Assembly (NCBI RefSeq): GCF_964355755.1
Contig: NC_092674.1
Coordinates: 24,676,001 to 24,740,000 of the forward strand
Direction: 5' to 3'
Length of the DNA: 64,000 nt
From: Antedon mediterranea
Taxonomy: Eukaryota; Animalia; Echinodermata
The notes beneath the pieces were generated by a model. It was given only the letters and a program-made list of their open reading frames with translations, did no database searches and was not told where the DNA came from. Shown here in pieces: positions 53,301 through 64,000 of the stretch. Each line of letters starts with the position of its first letter. Within the stretch, counting starts at the first letter, position 1. The position numbers and the translations under genes were made by a program.

Positions 53301-54599
53301 CACTGTCTAAAATTTATTTTTTATTTATTTATTCAACTTCTCACTAACACTGTTAGTGAAGGATCGGGACCAACAGGTGGTAAACACCTCTAAAACGGCC
53401 CAGTCCCAATTGCACAGTTTCTGTGTGTGACAGTGGCTATGTTTGTGTAGACTAGTACACCGGGGTAGCCCCCTACTCGTCTCGAAAGATGTACTAGGTT
53501 CTTTAAAGTGCACAAGAGCTAGATGTGTACACTGGACCTACAGTTTATAGTCCTTATCCGAGAAGACTCGTTCTACCACCAGAACCATGGAGCGAGCGAG
53601 CCTCGAACCCTTGCCGATGTTATGGCTACGTAATTACGGTTCCACTGTCTTAACCGCTCGGCCACTCACTCACTCTGAAAGCTAGGGGCACGGAGCTTAC
53701 TGCTCGGAGCTTACTGCTCAGAGGAAAAAAACAGCCATTGATTTATGTCAAAAGGCCAAGACCCCCAGCGTTAGAGGACCTCTGTGTAATGGAACTAGCC
53801 CTACAGAATCAGATGATTTGCAGCTCGGATTCGTCCGCATGATGATTTTCTTTAAATGTTATTTAATTTTGTTTAACAATAACACAAAAATTAATTATAT
53901 GTCGCGACTTGACAAAAATAACGGTTATATAAAAGTAAAGCTCTGTCTACACTATCAATCTAATTTGAAAAAAAATGTGATGTGCGCAAAAATGGTAGAG
54001 ATACGACATCCTCATGTCCATATATATGGGCACATCACATTTTTTTGACACATAAGGTTTGATAGTGTAGACAGAACGTCAGAAATAAAGGCACATCAGC
54101 TTTAAAGGTTAAGTTCTCTATATTGATGAAATTTAAATACCCTTAAACACAATTTACTTTTTTAGTAATCATACATACAATGACACATGGAGTACTTTAC
54201 TGTTTATTTCAATGCCCCATAAAACTACAAAAAACTAAACTAAAATCAATACATTAATTGCAGTAGCTGCAATATTCATGTTGACATAGAGACTAAAGTA
54301 ATACAATGAATATTTTATTGTAGTTGTGTTTCTAAATGTTATTAAATTTCGAAGCCCTGTGTGTGTGAAAAGGGGTGGGGGAATGCTAAACCTACATAAT
54401 AACTCCATTGATATAGTTGCTTTAATACCCAACGCTGTTCTAGACAAAGTGTAACTTCTCGACATTGTACTAGATTTTCCTTTCTTATAATTGTACAGTG
54501 ACTGCTTTGTTTGTACAAATGAATTATATGATGGCAAAAGTACATTTTTAAATTGTATATTAATTTAGACAATGATATATATGGGATTACTTCCTCAAA
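50237..54599. repeat. Tandem duplication: copy A 50237-52644, copy B 52645-54599
   Basis: Near-identical sequence, also visible as duplicated spurious ORFs; copy A has an extra 485-bp insert. Confidence 0.95.
51856..52340 (+). mobile_element. 5'-truncated CR1/L2-group LINE end with (ACGA)n tail and ACAAT TSD
   Basis: Encodes WNNLSQSLLNTNNLNTFKSKYKQFLL, then an AT-rich UTR, AATAAA and (ACGA)n; the empty site is present in copy B. Confidence 0.8.
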
Positions 54600-54748
54600 C
54601 CTGTAATTTAAATTCATGAAGAAATTGATACAAAATACATCTTCTTTTACAAGAGTATACATTGATTCTTTGCCTTGCCTATTATATGTTTTTATGGGAT
54701 CATTAAAAAATTATTGTACTGCAGTTACTGCAATAACTTGAATCCGGG

Positions 54749-55046
54749 ACAATTCGACCCTTGGCGATTCGACCCACTTTTGGTGGGATGATTCGACCCG
54801 AAACGTGTCACTTTAGACCAAATTCCTATACATTTTTTTGGGTACATTATCAATTTTATCGAACGGCCAACAGAGGCTATTTTCGACAATGTTTGCTTTA
54901 TTGCATCTTTATCTTCTCTAGTACAGTAGTATTACCCCAGAGTCTCTCTGAAAATAAAGTTTGGGGAAAAAAGCTTATTTATGCTTATAAAATGTATATC
55001 AAAGCCGATAAGTGTGCAGAATCGTCTCAGGGCCGAATTGTCCCGC
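54749..55046. mobile_element. Short TIR element (possibly MULE-like)
   Basis: cgggacaattcgaccc / gggccgaattgtcccg; internal attcgaccc repeats. Confidence 0.55.
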
Positions 55047-56019
55047 TGTCGTAACTATAATGTTGTACAGTAAGTTAGAATTTCATAAAATTCCCAAAAA
55101 AAGAATGCCAAATAACTACAAAATATAGTTAGTTACTGCAGTAGCATAATTTTGACATGATCTCTACCACATCTGCATGTATTCTTGTCATTTGATTGGT
55201 TACTTTCAAATCAATTTCTGATCTTTCAAACATGAGAAATACAAGCTTCAATTGCCTGATGTTTCGTATTGACCATTCACTAAAAACCGACGACAAACAT
55301 TTTGTTGTTGTTATTTTATTATGCACATCGTCAACTAGACTTGCCCCAAGTCTGTATTATCTTTTTTTTTTATTTATTTGTTTTTATTTCGACCGCGATT
55401 TTTGTCTGAAAATACAGACTTGTGAAACACGTATAGAAATCGATTTGCAGACCGCAAACATACGATAAGAATGACGTAGGTTATCATACCGTATTTGGCT
55501 ATATGGGGCGGGCGGTATGTAAATATGGATTTCGAATCAACCAATGATCATTTTGTTTCAAAATGAAAGAGATCGAGTACGTAGGCCTACCAGTGCTTAA
55601 TGACTGTACGATCGAGACTGTTGAAATATAAAATAGTAATGCCAAGTTGTTTTGTTTATTAATTGTTTAGGCCTAGGCCTCTTTCGTAGGTCCTACTCAA
55701 CTCGCGTGTATGACCTGCCAAATAAAACGCCAATGAAGTAGGCCTACATACCACCGGCACACAACAGGGCTACACCACCACACAGAACAGGACAGGGTCT
55801 CGGTGGGAATTAAATCAAAATTATCTCCGCGTAATAAATGATCCATTCAATGTTTGATTTGCGGAGAAGCTAGCCTATCATATATTAAGACGAGTTTTCA
55901 TGTTTCAAAGATCCCATCGAATGTTTACCAGACTACTAGTACTCCTAGGCATATAAAATAATTTCTAGCCTTCAGAACTTTCATAAATGTACCCAAGAAG
56001 TACACATTGTCTAAACGTA

Positions 56020-56240
56020 ACATAGCGCATGCGCATCATCTTAGTTGTTGAGTCTTTAAAATTCTGAAATATGAATATTTACACGGTGTACGAGTGAGTA
56101 GCCAATCGCATGCAGCTGAAACTAGTCAACCGGATAATCGTATGCACCAAGAATTCTTGGTGTCAAACCACGTGACTTGTGCGTGTTTCCCCAGACGGAG
56201 TATCCAAAATCAAGTAGTATACGTATGAAACGCCATCTGT
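56020..56240. promoter_or_regulatory. Putative TATA-less promoter motif cluster
   Basis: GCGCATGCGC (NRF1) at ~56025, GCCAATC (NF-Y) at 56101, CCACGTGAC (E-box) at ~56169, CGCCATCT (YY1-like) at 56231; locally CpG-rich. Confidence 0.4.
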
Positions 56241-56935
56241 GCCAAAATATTTATCTTTTAACTAATATTAAGACAAAACTCCGTCTGGAACCCAGACTAA
56301 TCGTCAACATTATTACCGATTGGACAATCGCTCATGAATAGATGTTACATTCTGCCTGGTAAAAACTAGATTCAACCAAAATATAATCAAGTTAAGTGTG
56401 TTGCTTAACTCAAATTACACCATTAAGCATCTTTCTTATATGTTACTTAATATTTTTGTAGCAAATATTAAATAACAGAGAACACGATATAATTAATAGC
56501 ACTGATAGATATCATCTTTCTACGCAACTTTCTCTTATCAAAATGATTTAATGATTGGTTAAAAGCTGGATCATAATTATTTTTTTATATCTCATGTAAG
56601 GTAATCCTCAAGACTGTTATTGCACAGATTGTTTCTGCCTGAGTTGGTTATTAGAATTAATACCACATTCAGACAGCGTCGTCAGCGACATCTCGTCGGA
56701 TAAACACTCTTCTTCACACCTAGACTCTTAGTCTAAGGCATTAATTTACATTACATAGGCCAGCGGCCTAAAGTATATAAATATTAAACAAACAAAAATT
56801 AGATGCAAAATGAATTACCGTATGTCTTTTTTTAAATGTGCAAAATAAATTTTTATTTTTCTATTATTTATTATTATTATCTGTCATACGATGCTGTCTG
56901 AGTTGGGCCTTTACAACTGTATTGTATAGGTCTTA

Positions 56936-56981
<46 letters not shown>

Positions 56982-57088
56982 AAATCAGGCAATGAACATT
57001 AATTCTAAACCGCCCGGTGATATACTGAAATTTAATTAATTAATTTGAAACGATAAAGATGAGGAAATCTGTGAGAATGAGAAAAAGT

Positions 57089-57160
57089 CGTCCCAACCGA
57101 GGCTCGAACTCGGACCGCCTGCTTGATATGCAGATGTCCTAACCATTAGACCACTGGGGC
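57089..57160 (-). tRNA. tRNA-like cloverleaf (Asp/Glu-like, anticodon ATC); probably a repeat head or pseudo-tRNA
   Basis: GCCCCAG TGGTCTAATGGTTAGGAC A TCTGC-ATATCAA-GCAGG CGGT CCGAG-TTCGAGC-CTCGG TTGGGAC G; one acceptor-stem mismatch and A at position 32. Confidence 0.5.
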
Positions 57161-60100
57161 TTTCATGGTATTGTTCGAACTCGATTGGATAGCGACTCTT
57201 TATATATATATATATATTTTATTCCATTTTATAGGGGGCGGGTTTCCCGCTGTTGAATGAGATTATGAAAAAGAATACACTACAGCATTGATTGTTGGTT
57301 TTTTTGTTGTATTATAGCAAATTTGCATTTTTAGTTGAATTTGCCAGCATGTTTGGATTTTCTCTATTCACTCTCTATTTTTATATTTTGGCACAGCTGT
57401 AGTTGGGTTTTAGCCAGGAAACAATTAATGTCATAGACACAAAATCGATGAATAATATAAAAAAAGATAAATTAAAATTTGACTAACCAACTGATTGAAT
57501 TGATGCTTGTGGCCAACATATAATATTGTTTAAAGCCAATTATCCTAATAAAGTTGAGACAACTAATTGATTCTTGGCATTAAAGGAAATCTCGATCACA
57601 AACCTTACCGCTAGCGTAAACCAGTCTTACACGTCCATACGCGTAAACCTTGCACGGCAAGACAGGAAAAAAGTAAATTTCGGAATGTATTTATTCTTAA
57701 TTTTTTTATTTATTACAGTATGTACAGTACAAATATATGACCAAAACAATAGCTATTAGCATAAAGCTAAAACCGTATTACAAATAAAATAAATCACAAG
57801 GTACCAAGAAAGTCTGTTTTTTTGGTTTGTGGTTTTGTGGAATTTCTCTATAATTGTAAAACTTAATGCTGTTAATAGGTTACAAAATAAATAGAATACA
57901 TTATGTGGCCAGTATCTGAACACTTCCCGACATGTTTTGATTTTAATTATCATAAGTATTATTAATCCTCGTTGCTGATTTATGTTTAATAGAGGATGTT
58001 GTCAGTACAGTGGAGAATAACGCACCCGGATTAGGTAACAGAGGTCTCGTGGGTGGCGCTTGCGTCACCCTGAGGGATACTTGAGGCTTTACAGTATTAA
58101 AGAACTGGGTTATGTGTTATGAGTAATCAAATTATCATCTATCCCACAAGGAACAGTCCTGGTTCTATTTGTTTTTAGTAGGTCAGACATTTTAAAAGAA
58201 AACAGGTATTTATTAAGTAAAAGAATGTTAAGTAAAATGAAAGATGTTCTATATAGTTATTTGGTAGCATTTCTGCTATGAAACTTTCTTAAGTTGTAGT
58301 GCACTTCTATTTTTATTTTTTACCTCAAAAATCAGTTTTTACCCACAATTTTCTTCAACTAATATTTACTACGAAGCAGGGAAGTTATTATTGCCGAGGA
58401 AAGCCATGCACTCAACAAAAATGTTGTCTTTCACAGAATTGGTAGAATTTGCTTCCCTATGATGAAAACTAATAGTTTACAAATTCTTTTCTCCCAACTG
58501 CTACGAAGCTTTTTAATGCAAATTTTGCTAGGTGAACATACTTATATATAAGACTGTTTTCTACATTTTTATGATATTTTTTAATACTGCAAATGCCATG
58601 TTTTAACCTTTTTATGTCATATTTGTATATGTTGCTTTTTTTATTTTATCCCTTGGTGTCATGCTGTTTGTATTTTACCTATCATATTTTATTGTTTATT
58701 TTCGAGCCTTGATAGAATAAAATAATTGGAAGATATTGTCCCCCTGAAAAAATAATTTTTTTGTTGAATATGCCATTTTAATGCAGCATAATACTGCAGT
58801 ATTTACTTTGACAAAAAATTGGGTAGGAAAACCAATTATTTACCTGAAAAAATTATAATTTAAAGCAAAAATAGTCAAATTGGCTGTTAGTGTAATAGCC
58901 AATTGGTTTTTGGTTGAATTTAACAGTTTGTCATTTTATAAATGAAAACATAATTTTGTTCTGTTTTTTCTTTTACAGGAGTGATTAACTTTTAAACTAA
59001 AAAATGGCCTATTCAAAATCTGATTTTATTAATCTTCATTTTTCATGTTTTTGGAGGACAATACATCTTTAAATTGAACTGGTTCATTCCTTGATTAACA
59101 CATGGAGGTATTTTACACTTGCATGATCAATGCTGCGCTTTTGAGCTCTGTCTACACTATCAAACAGTTAGTCCAGATCCCTATGTCAAAAAAAGTGCCT
59201 TCGTGTGCAGATCATGGGGAAAGTGTAAACATTGTGTTTTAGGAATATTTGAATCATGCTGGTTATAAAAACCCATGTTGTCAAATTTCTAAAATTCATC
59301 TTTGACCTCTGACCTCAATTTGAATGTTTTGACCCATTGAAAACAAAATGGTCATATCTTTGCAACACGTAGATTAAATGAAATAATTTTAGTGTCAAAT
59401 TATTTGGAAGATGCATATTAATATTCGTTCTAATGGAAAAGTTTGTCCAAAAATGGCTGGAAGTATGATTTTTGGCATATTTGACCTTTGACCTACATAT
59501 CATATAACTCCGTAACTAACAGTTGGACAAACTTTAAATAGGGCTCAAATTAATCTGTAGGTATATGTTTCTATTCAGTCTAATAAGAACTTTTTCAAGA
59601 AAATGACCCAAAATATTTTTATTGACCTTTGACCTGTACTGGTAGTACACATTTCTATAATCTCAAAAACTATTGGCCGTAAAATGGTTGTTTTTGTGAA
59701 ATGGTTCGAAAAATTTACATTTATATGTTGTATAATAACAACAGTTGTTAGAAATGTAAAAGAATTTTATTTATGATCACTAACTTTGTAATTTATTAAC
59801 ATCACTAGCATTTGTTATAATATTAAAATGTATTATATTTGCTGATTTTAAGCACATCACATGAATTTATCAGTGTGATGTGCCCAAATATGGTAGTGAT
59901 ATGCCCAAATATGATATGACATCATCATCATGTTCATATATGGGCAAATCAAATTTTTTTTGTCACATAAAGTTTGATACTGTAGTGTTAAACTCTGTCT
60001 ACACTATCAAACTAGATTGACAAAAAAAGTGTGATGTGCCCAAATATGGTAGTAATATGCTCAAATATGGTAGTGACATGACATCATGTCCATTATGGGC

Positions 60101-61163
60101 AAATCACATTTTTTGTCATGTAAAGTTTGATACTGTAATGTTATACTGAGCTTTAGATTCAAGGTTTTGATTAAAAGACATTGCATTCTACTTAAACTAT
60201 AAATAAACCGAAAACAGCATGTGGAGTGATACTTATTACTTTTTTAATTCAGCATATGGCAATTTTTATATTGTTATTCAAATGCAATAACAAAAATTAA
60301 TATCAAAGTATTTTTTTTTTTCCTGAGGCAAGGCCTAACACAAGGTTGTTTATCACAAGATTGTTTATCACAAGATAACATTAAGCTATAGACTTGATTG
60401 AGATCATTAAGCCTTAGTTCCCTGTGGGCATATACTTGAAACATTTGAACCATTGTTTTATAAACATGAATTCATGTGTAGGTCAAGGGTTAAATTATCT
60501 TTAAAAACATTATTTCAAATCTATGAAAAGTCTACATGCATATCTTTTTTCCCCAATCCTATATTGTACTGATCAAATGTTCAACAATATAATGAAAGTA
60601 CTCAGAAACTTGATATTTTGGCTCATGTTAAAAGAATTCCTATTTTTCTTTTTTTTTATTTGTGAAGATAATAAACTGATTTTCTTGAATTTCAATAGGC
60701 ATTTTCTGTCAGTATATACCTATTTACATAAACAAATTCAGAATAGGAACAATTACACAGCTTTTGGCACTGTACTGTTGAGTACTTGGCAATCCTGGTT
60801 ACAAGTTGTTACATTTTGCAGATGTGAAAAGGTTACAAGCAGACAAGCCTTTGTACAACAAGCCTTGAAGAATATGTGAGGCGCAGGAGGCACAAACAAT
60901 TGGCAGGGGTGGAGGAAGGAGGCAGCAGTGGAGATGAAGGGCATTGTCCCAGTGGGGTCCTGAAAACACAAATACCCGACCTTTCAAAATACTGTGTAAA
61001 ATCTATCGCCTATCAAGGGGTGCACATATATGTTTTAACAAAGGTGTCCTCTTAATAGAGGTTCTAAACAACTGAATATTTCTACTTCAAGTGCGATAAA
61101 ACAAATTTAAACTTACATTCCACTCTGAACAATTAACAACTCTTCTGTCGACTCAAACATTCA

Positions 61164-61260
61164 TCATACTTTGCCTGGTTTTTCCCGGAATTCATGCCAC
61201 TTTTCCAGCATTTTTATCCGGTTTCCCCAAAGCCGTTTATAACCATCACCAGCATAATAA
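61164..61260 (-). CDS. PARL: PARL, last coding exon
   Basis: YYAGDGYKRLWGNRIKMLEKWHEFREKPGKV* resembles PARL WYVTYGHELIWKNREPLVKIWHEIR; phase 2 fits. Confidence 0.88.
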
Positions 61261-61496
61261 CTGAAAAGAATATAATCGGATTATACATATTTGAAAACTA
61301 TCCAAGCTACCAGGGAATTTATTTTAAAATTTATGTCTTTAGGCACAGGTGGCCAAAGATTACCAATACTAAAATAATCACTGTCAGATAGGTGATAATC
61401 CCTATTTCTGTGAACCAATTCACCAGGGTAACCCCCTACCCATCTCAAATGATATTGTACGTAAGGTGGGGAGGGGGGGGGGGGTTTGATTAGTGA

Positions 61497-62112
61497 TTGG
61501 TTTTGTAGATTAAGAGTAATCATGTATTTAAATTATATATTGTACTTGTTATTTTTGGAGAAGGGGAGGGTGGGGAATAACTGTGTACACTGGACCTACG
61601 GTTTATAGTCATTATCCGAGAAGACTCGTTCTACCACCAAAACCATGGAGCAAGTCGGCCTCAAACCATGCCGATATTGTTGGCTCTTTAGTTACGGTAA
61701 ACAGTGCCCCTGCCTTAACCGCTCGACCATTTGGCTCACTTATAATAAGCTTATAATTAAAATAAGCGAATAATTCCTAACACAACTTTGTCCCTCATTT
61801 TTTTGGTTTTGTAGATTAAGAGTAATCATGTACTGTATTTAAATTATATATTGTACTTGTTATTTTTGGAGAAGGGGAGGGTGGGGAATAACTGTGTACA
61901 CTGGACCTACGGTTTATAATCATTATCCGAGAAGACTCGTTCTACCACCAAAACCATAGAGCAAGTCGGCCTCAACCCATGCCGATATTGTTGGCTCTTT
62001 AGTTACGGTAAACAGTGCCCCTGCCTTAACCGCTCGACCATTTGGCTCACTTATAATAAGCTTATAATTAAAATAAGCGAATAATTCCTAACACAACTTT
62101 GTCCCTCATTTT
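61497..62112. repeat. ~310-bp tandem duplication containing a SINE 5' half, in a PARL intron
   Basis: 61497-61802 is repeated at 61803-62112. Confidence 0.85.
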
Positions 62113-62626
62113 ACAGCTAAGTTTCCCAATATCGAACTCTGTACAACAGCTATTGAACAACTGCATTTCAGAATATCATAAATTTTGGGTCAGTACATTT
62201 TTAAATTTTATACACATCCAACATTAGGTTTACTTGCCAGTTACAGGATGGATAAACTGTAACTTACTTGTCTTAAGCTCTGTCACACTATCAAACTAGT
62301 TTTGACAAAAAAAAGTGTGATGTGTCCAAATATGGTAGTGATATGCCCAAATATGGCAGTGTTATGACATCATCATGTCCATATATGGGTATATCATATG
62401 TTTTTGATAGTGATAGTGTAGACAGATCTTAATTCTCATTTGAGGCTCATGGAGTGAATTAGTTTTACTTGAAAGCTTTGCATAGGCTAGCATTGAATCT
62501 GAGAATTGAATTTTTAATGCATTTTAAATGTTGTTAGATAAAATCATGGGGGACAAAATTGTTGGAAATTGTGGGTTGTTTTGATACAGGTGGTGTTTGT
62601 TAATATTAGGTACTGTCATCACTTAC

Positions 62627-62724
62627 CAACCAAATAACAGGCCAGAAAGGTGTGCAGCATGGTCAAAGAAAGCCCATCTCATGACAACCCCTAGTGATTC
62701 TATACCAATCAATACCTTCAATGC
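62627..62724 (-). CDS. PARL: PARL exon containing the catalytic His
   Basis: [32 protein letters not shown] matches [36 protein letters not shown]; AG/GTAAGT. Confidence 0.93.
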
Positions 62725-63471
62725 CTACAACAACAAATAATTTATGCAAACTTAACATTTCGGTCCATTAATTATATTATTACCGAAAAGATGACAATGC
62801 TGTGGGTATCAGTGGCTGGATCTCAATGGAGATACAAAAAAAAAGCGAAAAGCTAAATCAAAACAAAACAGCCAGAAAAGGTAGCAGAGCTAATTCTCCA
62901 ATAAGATTTTACTGGTAATTATCATATCATATAATTTTAACTTAAAATTTAAAAATTATGGAAGGACCCCTAAACTTTCGATTCAGAAAGTATACATAAA
63001 AATTGTATGTTTTAAGACATCCTGTTATTGGCTTTTGGCTGTTGGATGTGAATTAAATAATTAAGAATTAAAGATTAGACCCGTACTGGTTACGTTCCAT
63101 AGCCACCACCCGCAAGACTTTATTTCTTCATCCATACTTCTATCAACGAATAACTTAATAACAACAAGAGGAACACTATTATAATGTTTGGGAAATTACT
63201 GAACACTAATCTTTCAAAAATTCGTAATTTTAGTTTTACACCCACATTCATTAAACAACTCTCTTTGGAACACCAAACTTTAACATTTTTACACTATGGC
63301 CAATCCCTAATCAGGGGATATCCCTATTATGAAAACGCTTAGGTCCCGAAAGTGTTCCTTTTATAGAGGTCCTTCCATAATTTTAAAGTTTAAGTTCAAA
63401 CTGTGATAGTATCAGTAAAATCGTATTGGAGAATATGAGCCAATGAGAGGTAAATATGAATTATAACTTAC

Positions 63472-63573
63472 CGTTCCAGCAGAGAATGTGAAAAATGGAA
63501 GAAAAACTATTGCAAGTCGAGCATCTGGATATTGGAAACATGTAGACCCCAAGACAGCCATTATTGCACCGGA
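63472..63573 (-). CDS. PARL: PARL exon beginning with the catalytic Ser; upstream exons lie beyond the window
   Basis: [34 protein letters not shown] matches PARL [42 protein letters not shown]. Confidence 0.93.
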
Positions 63574-63626
63574 CTAGAAACAGAACGAATAATTTATTTA
63601 TTGTTAGGAAACATTTATATCACATA

Positions 63627-64000
63627 CCGTATTTTCCGGAGTATAGGTCGAGACTTTGTGGGAAAATTTTAATTGCAAAATCGGGGGGTCGACTTATACT
63701 CCGACCATGCGATTTTTGAAAAAAATATGTTCAAAAGCCGTCAGCTATCAAGGCCCAGCAAGGTCAGTGGCCTATCATCAATCACTCACAGAAGTTTTCA
63801 ATTTAATACCTACATTGTACAAAATATTATACAACTCCAACAAGTACTGGTCAATAAAATATTAATATATCACAATGACTCATTTTGATGTTAATATTAC
63901 GCTTTTAAGATAATTAAGAATAAATAGTTTTCTCTATGCTTATTCACTCTCGCGAAAACATCGTAACACACACCACAGACGTCGGAATGTCCATGCAGCA
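63627..64000. mobile_element. Left end of a Tc2/pogo-like element, truncated by the window edge
   Basis: TA|CCGTATTTTCCGGAGTATAGGTCG with an internal inverted gtcgacttatactccg; other end not visible. Confidence 0.5.

Noticed and set aside
50332-54048. Pairs of near-identical short ORFs suggesting duplicated genes
   Set aside because: By-products of the tandem duplication of non-coding, SINE and MITE sequence.
60753-60987. Cys/Pro-rich ORFs as a separate gene
   Set aside because: Better explained as the PARL 3'UTR exon; no family similarity recognised.

Overview
AT-rich, intron-rich animal genomic DNA, with a repeat content suggesting a marine invertebrate (taxon not determinable from the sequence). 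Four protein-coding loci are supported. (1) The last two exons of an unidentified + strand gene (1-102, 853-1116). (2) A complete 12-coding-exon angiomotin-family gene on the - strand (28127 to 5922, ~726 aa; all introns GT-AG and phase-compatible). (3) An intronless TECR/steroid-5-alpha-reductase-like gene on the + strand (33603-34481) with degenerate catalytic motifs. (4) The 3' three coding exons of PARL on the - strand, plus a probable 3'UTR intron. The rest is dense in mobile DNA: a Sola2-type transposon relic with ~690-bp TIRs and a nested SINE, Harbinger/Tc1/Kolobok-like MITEs, tRNA-derived SINEs, truncated CR1/L2-like LINEs, a 196-bp palindromic satellite, a minisatellite and a ~2 kb tandem duplication. 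The most notable non-coding signals are Penelope-type minimal hammerhead ribozyme motifs (one intact, two degenerate), the hairpin-monomer satellite, a structured 174-bp insert and an orphan promoter-like motif cluster. All calls were made by eye; no database search was run.
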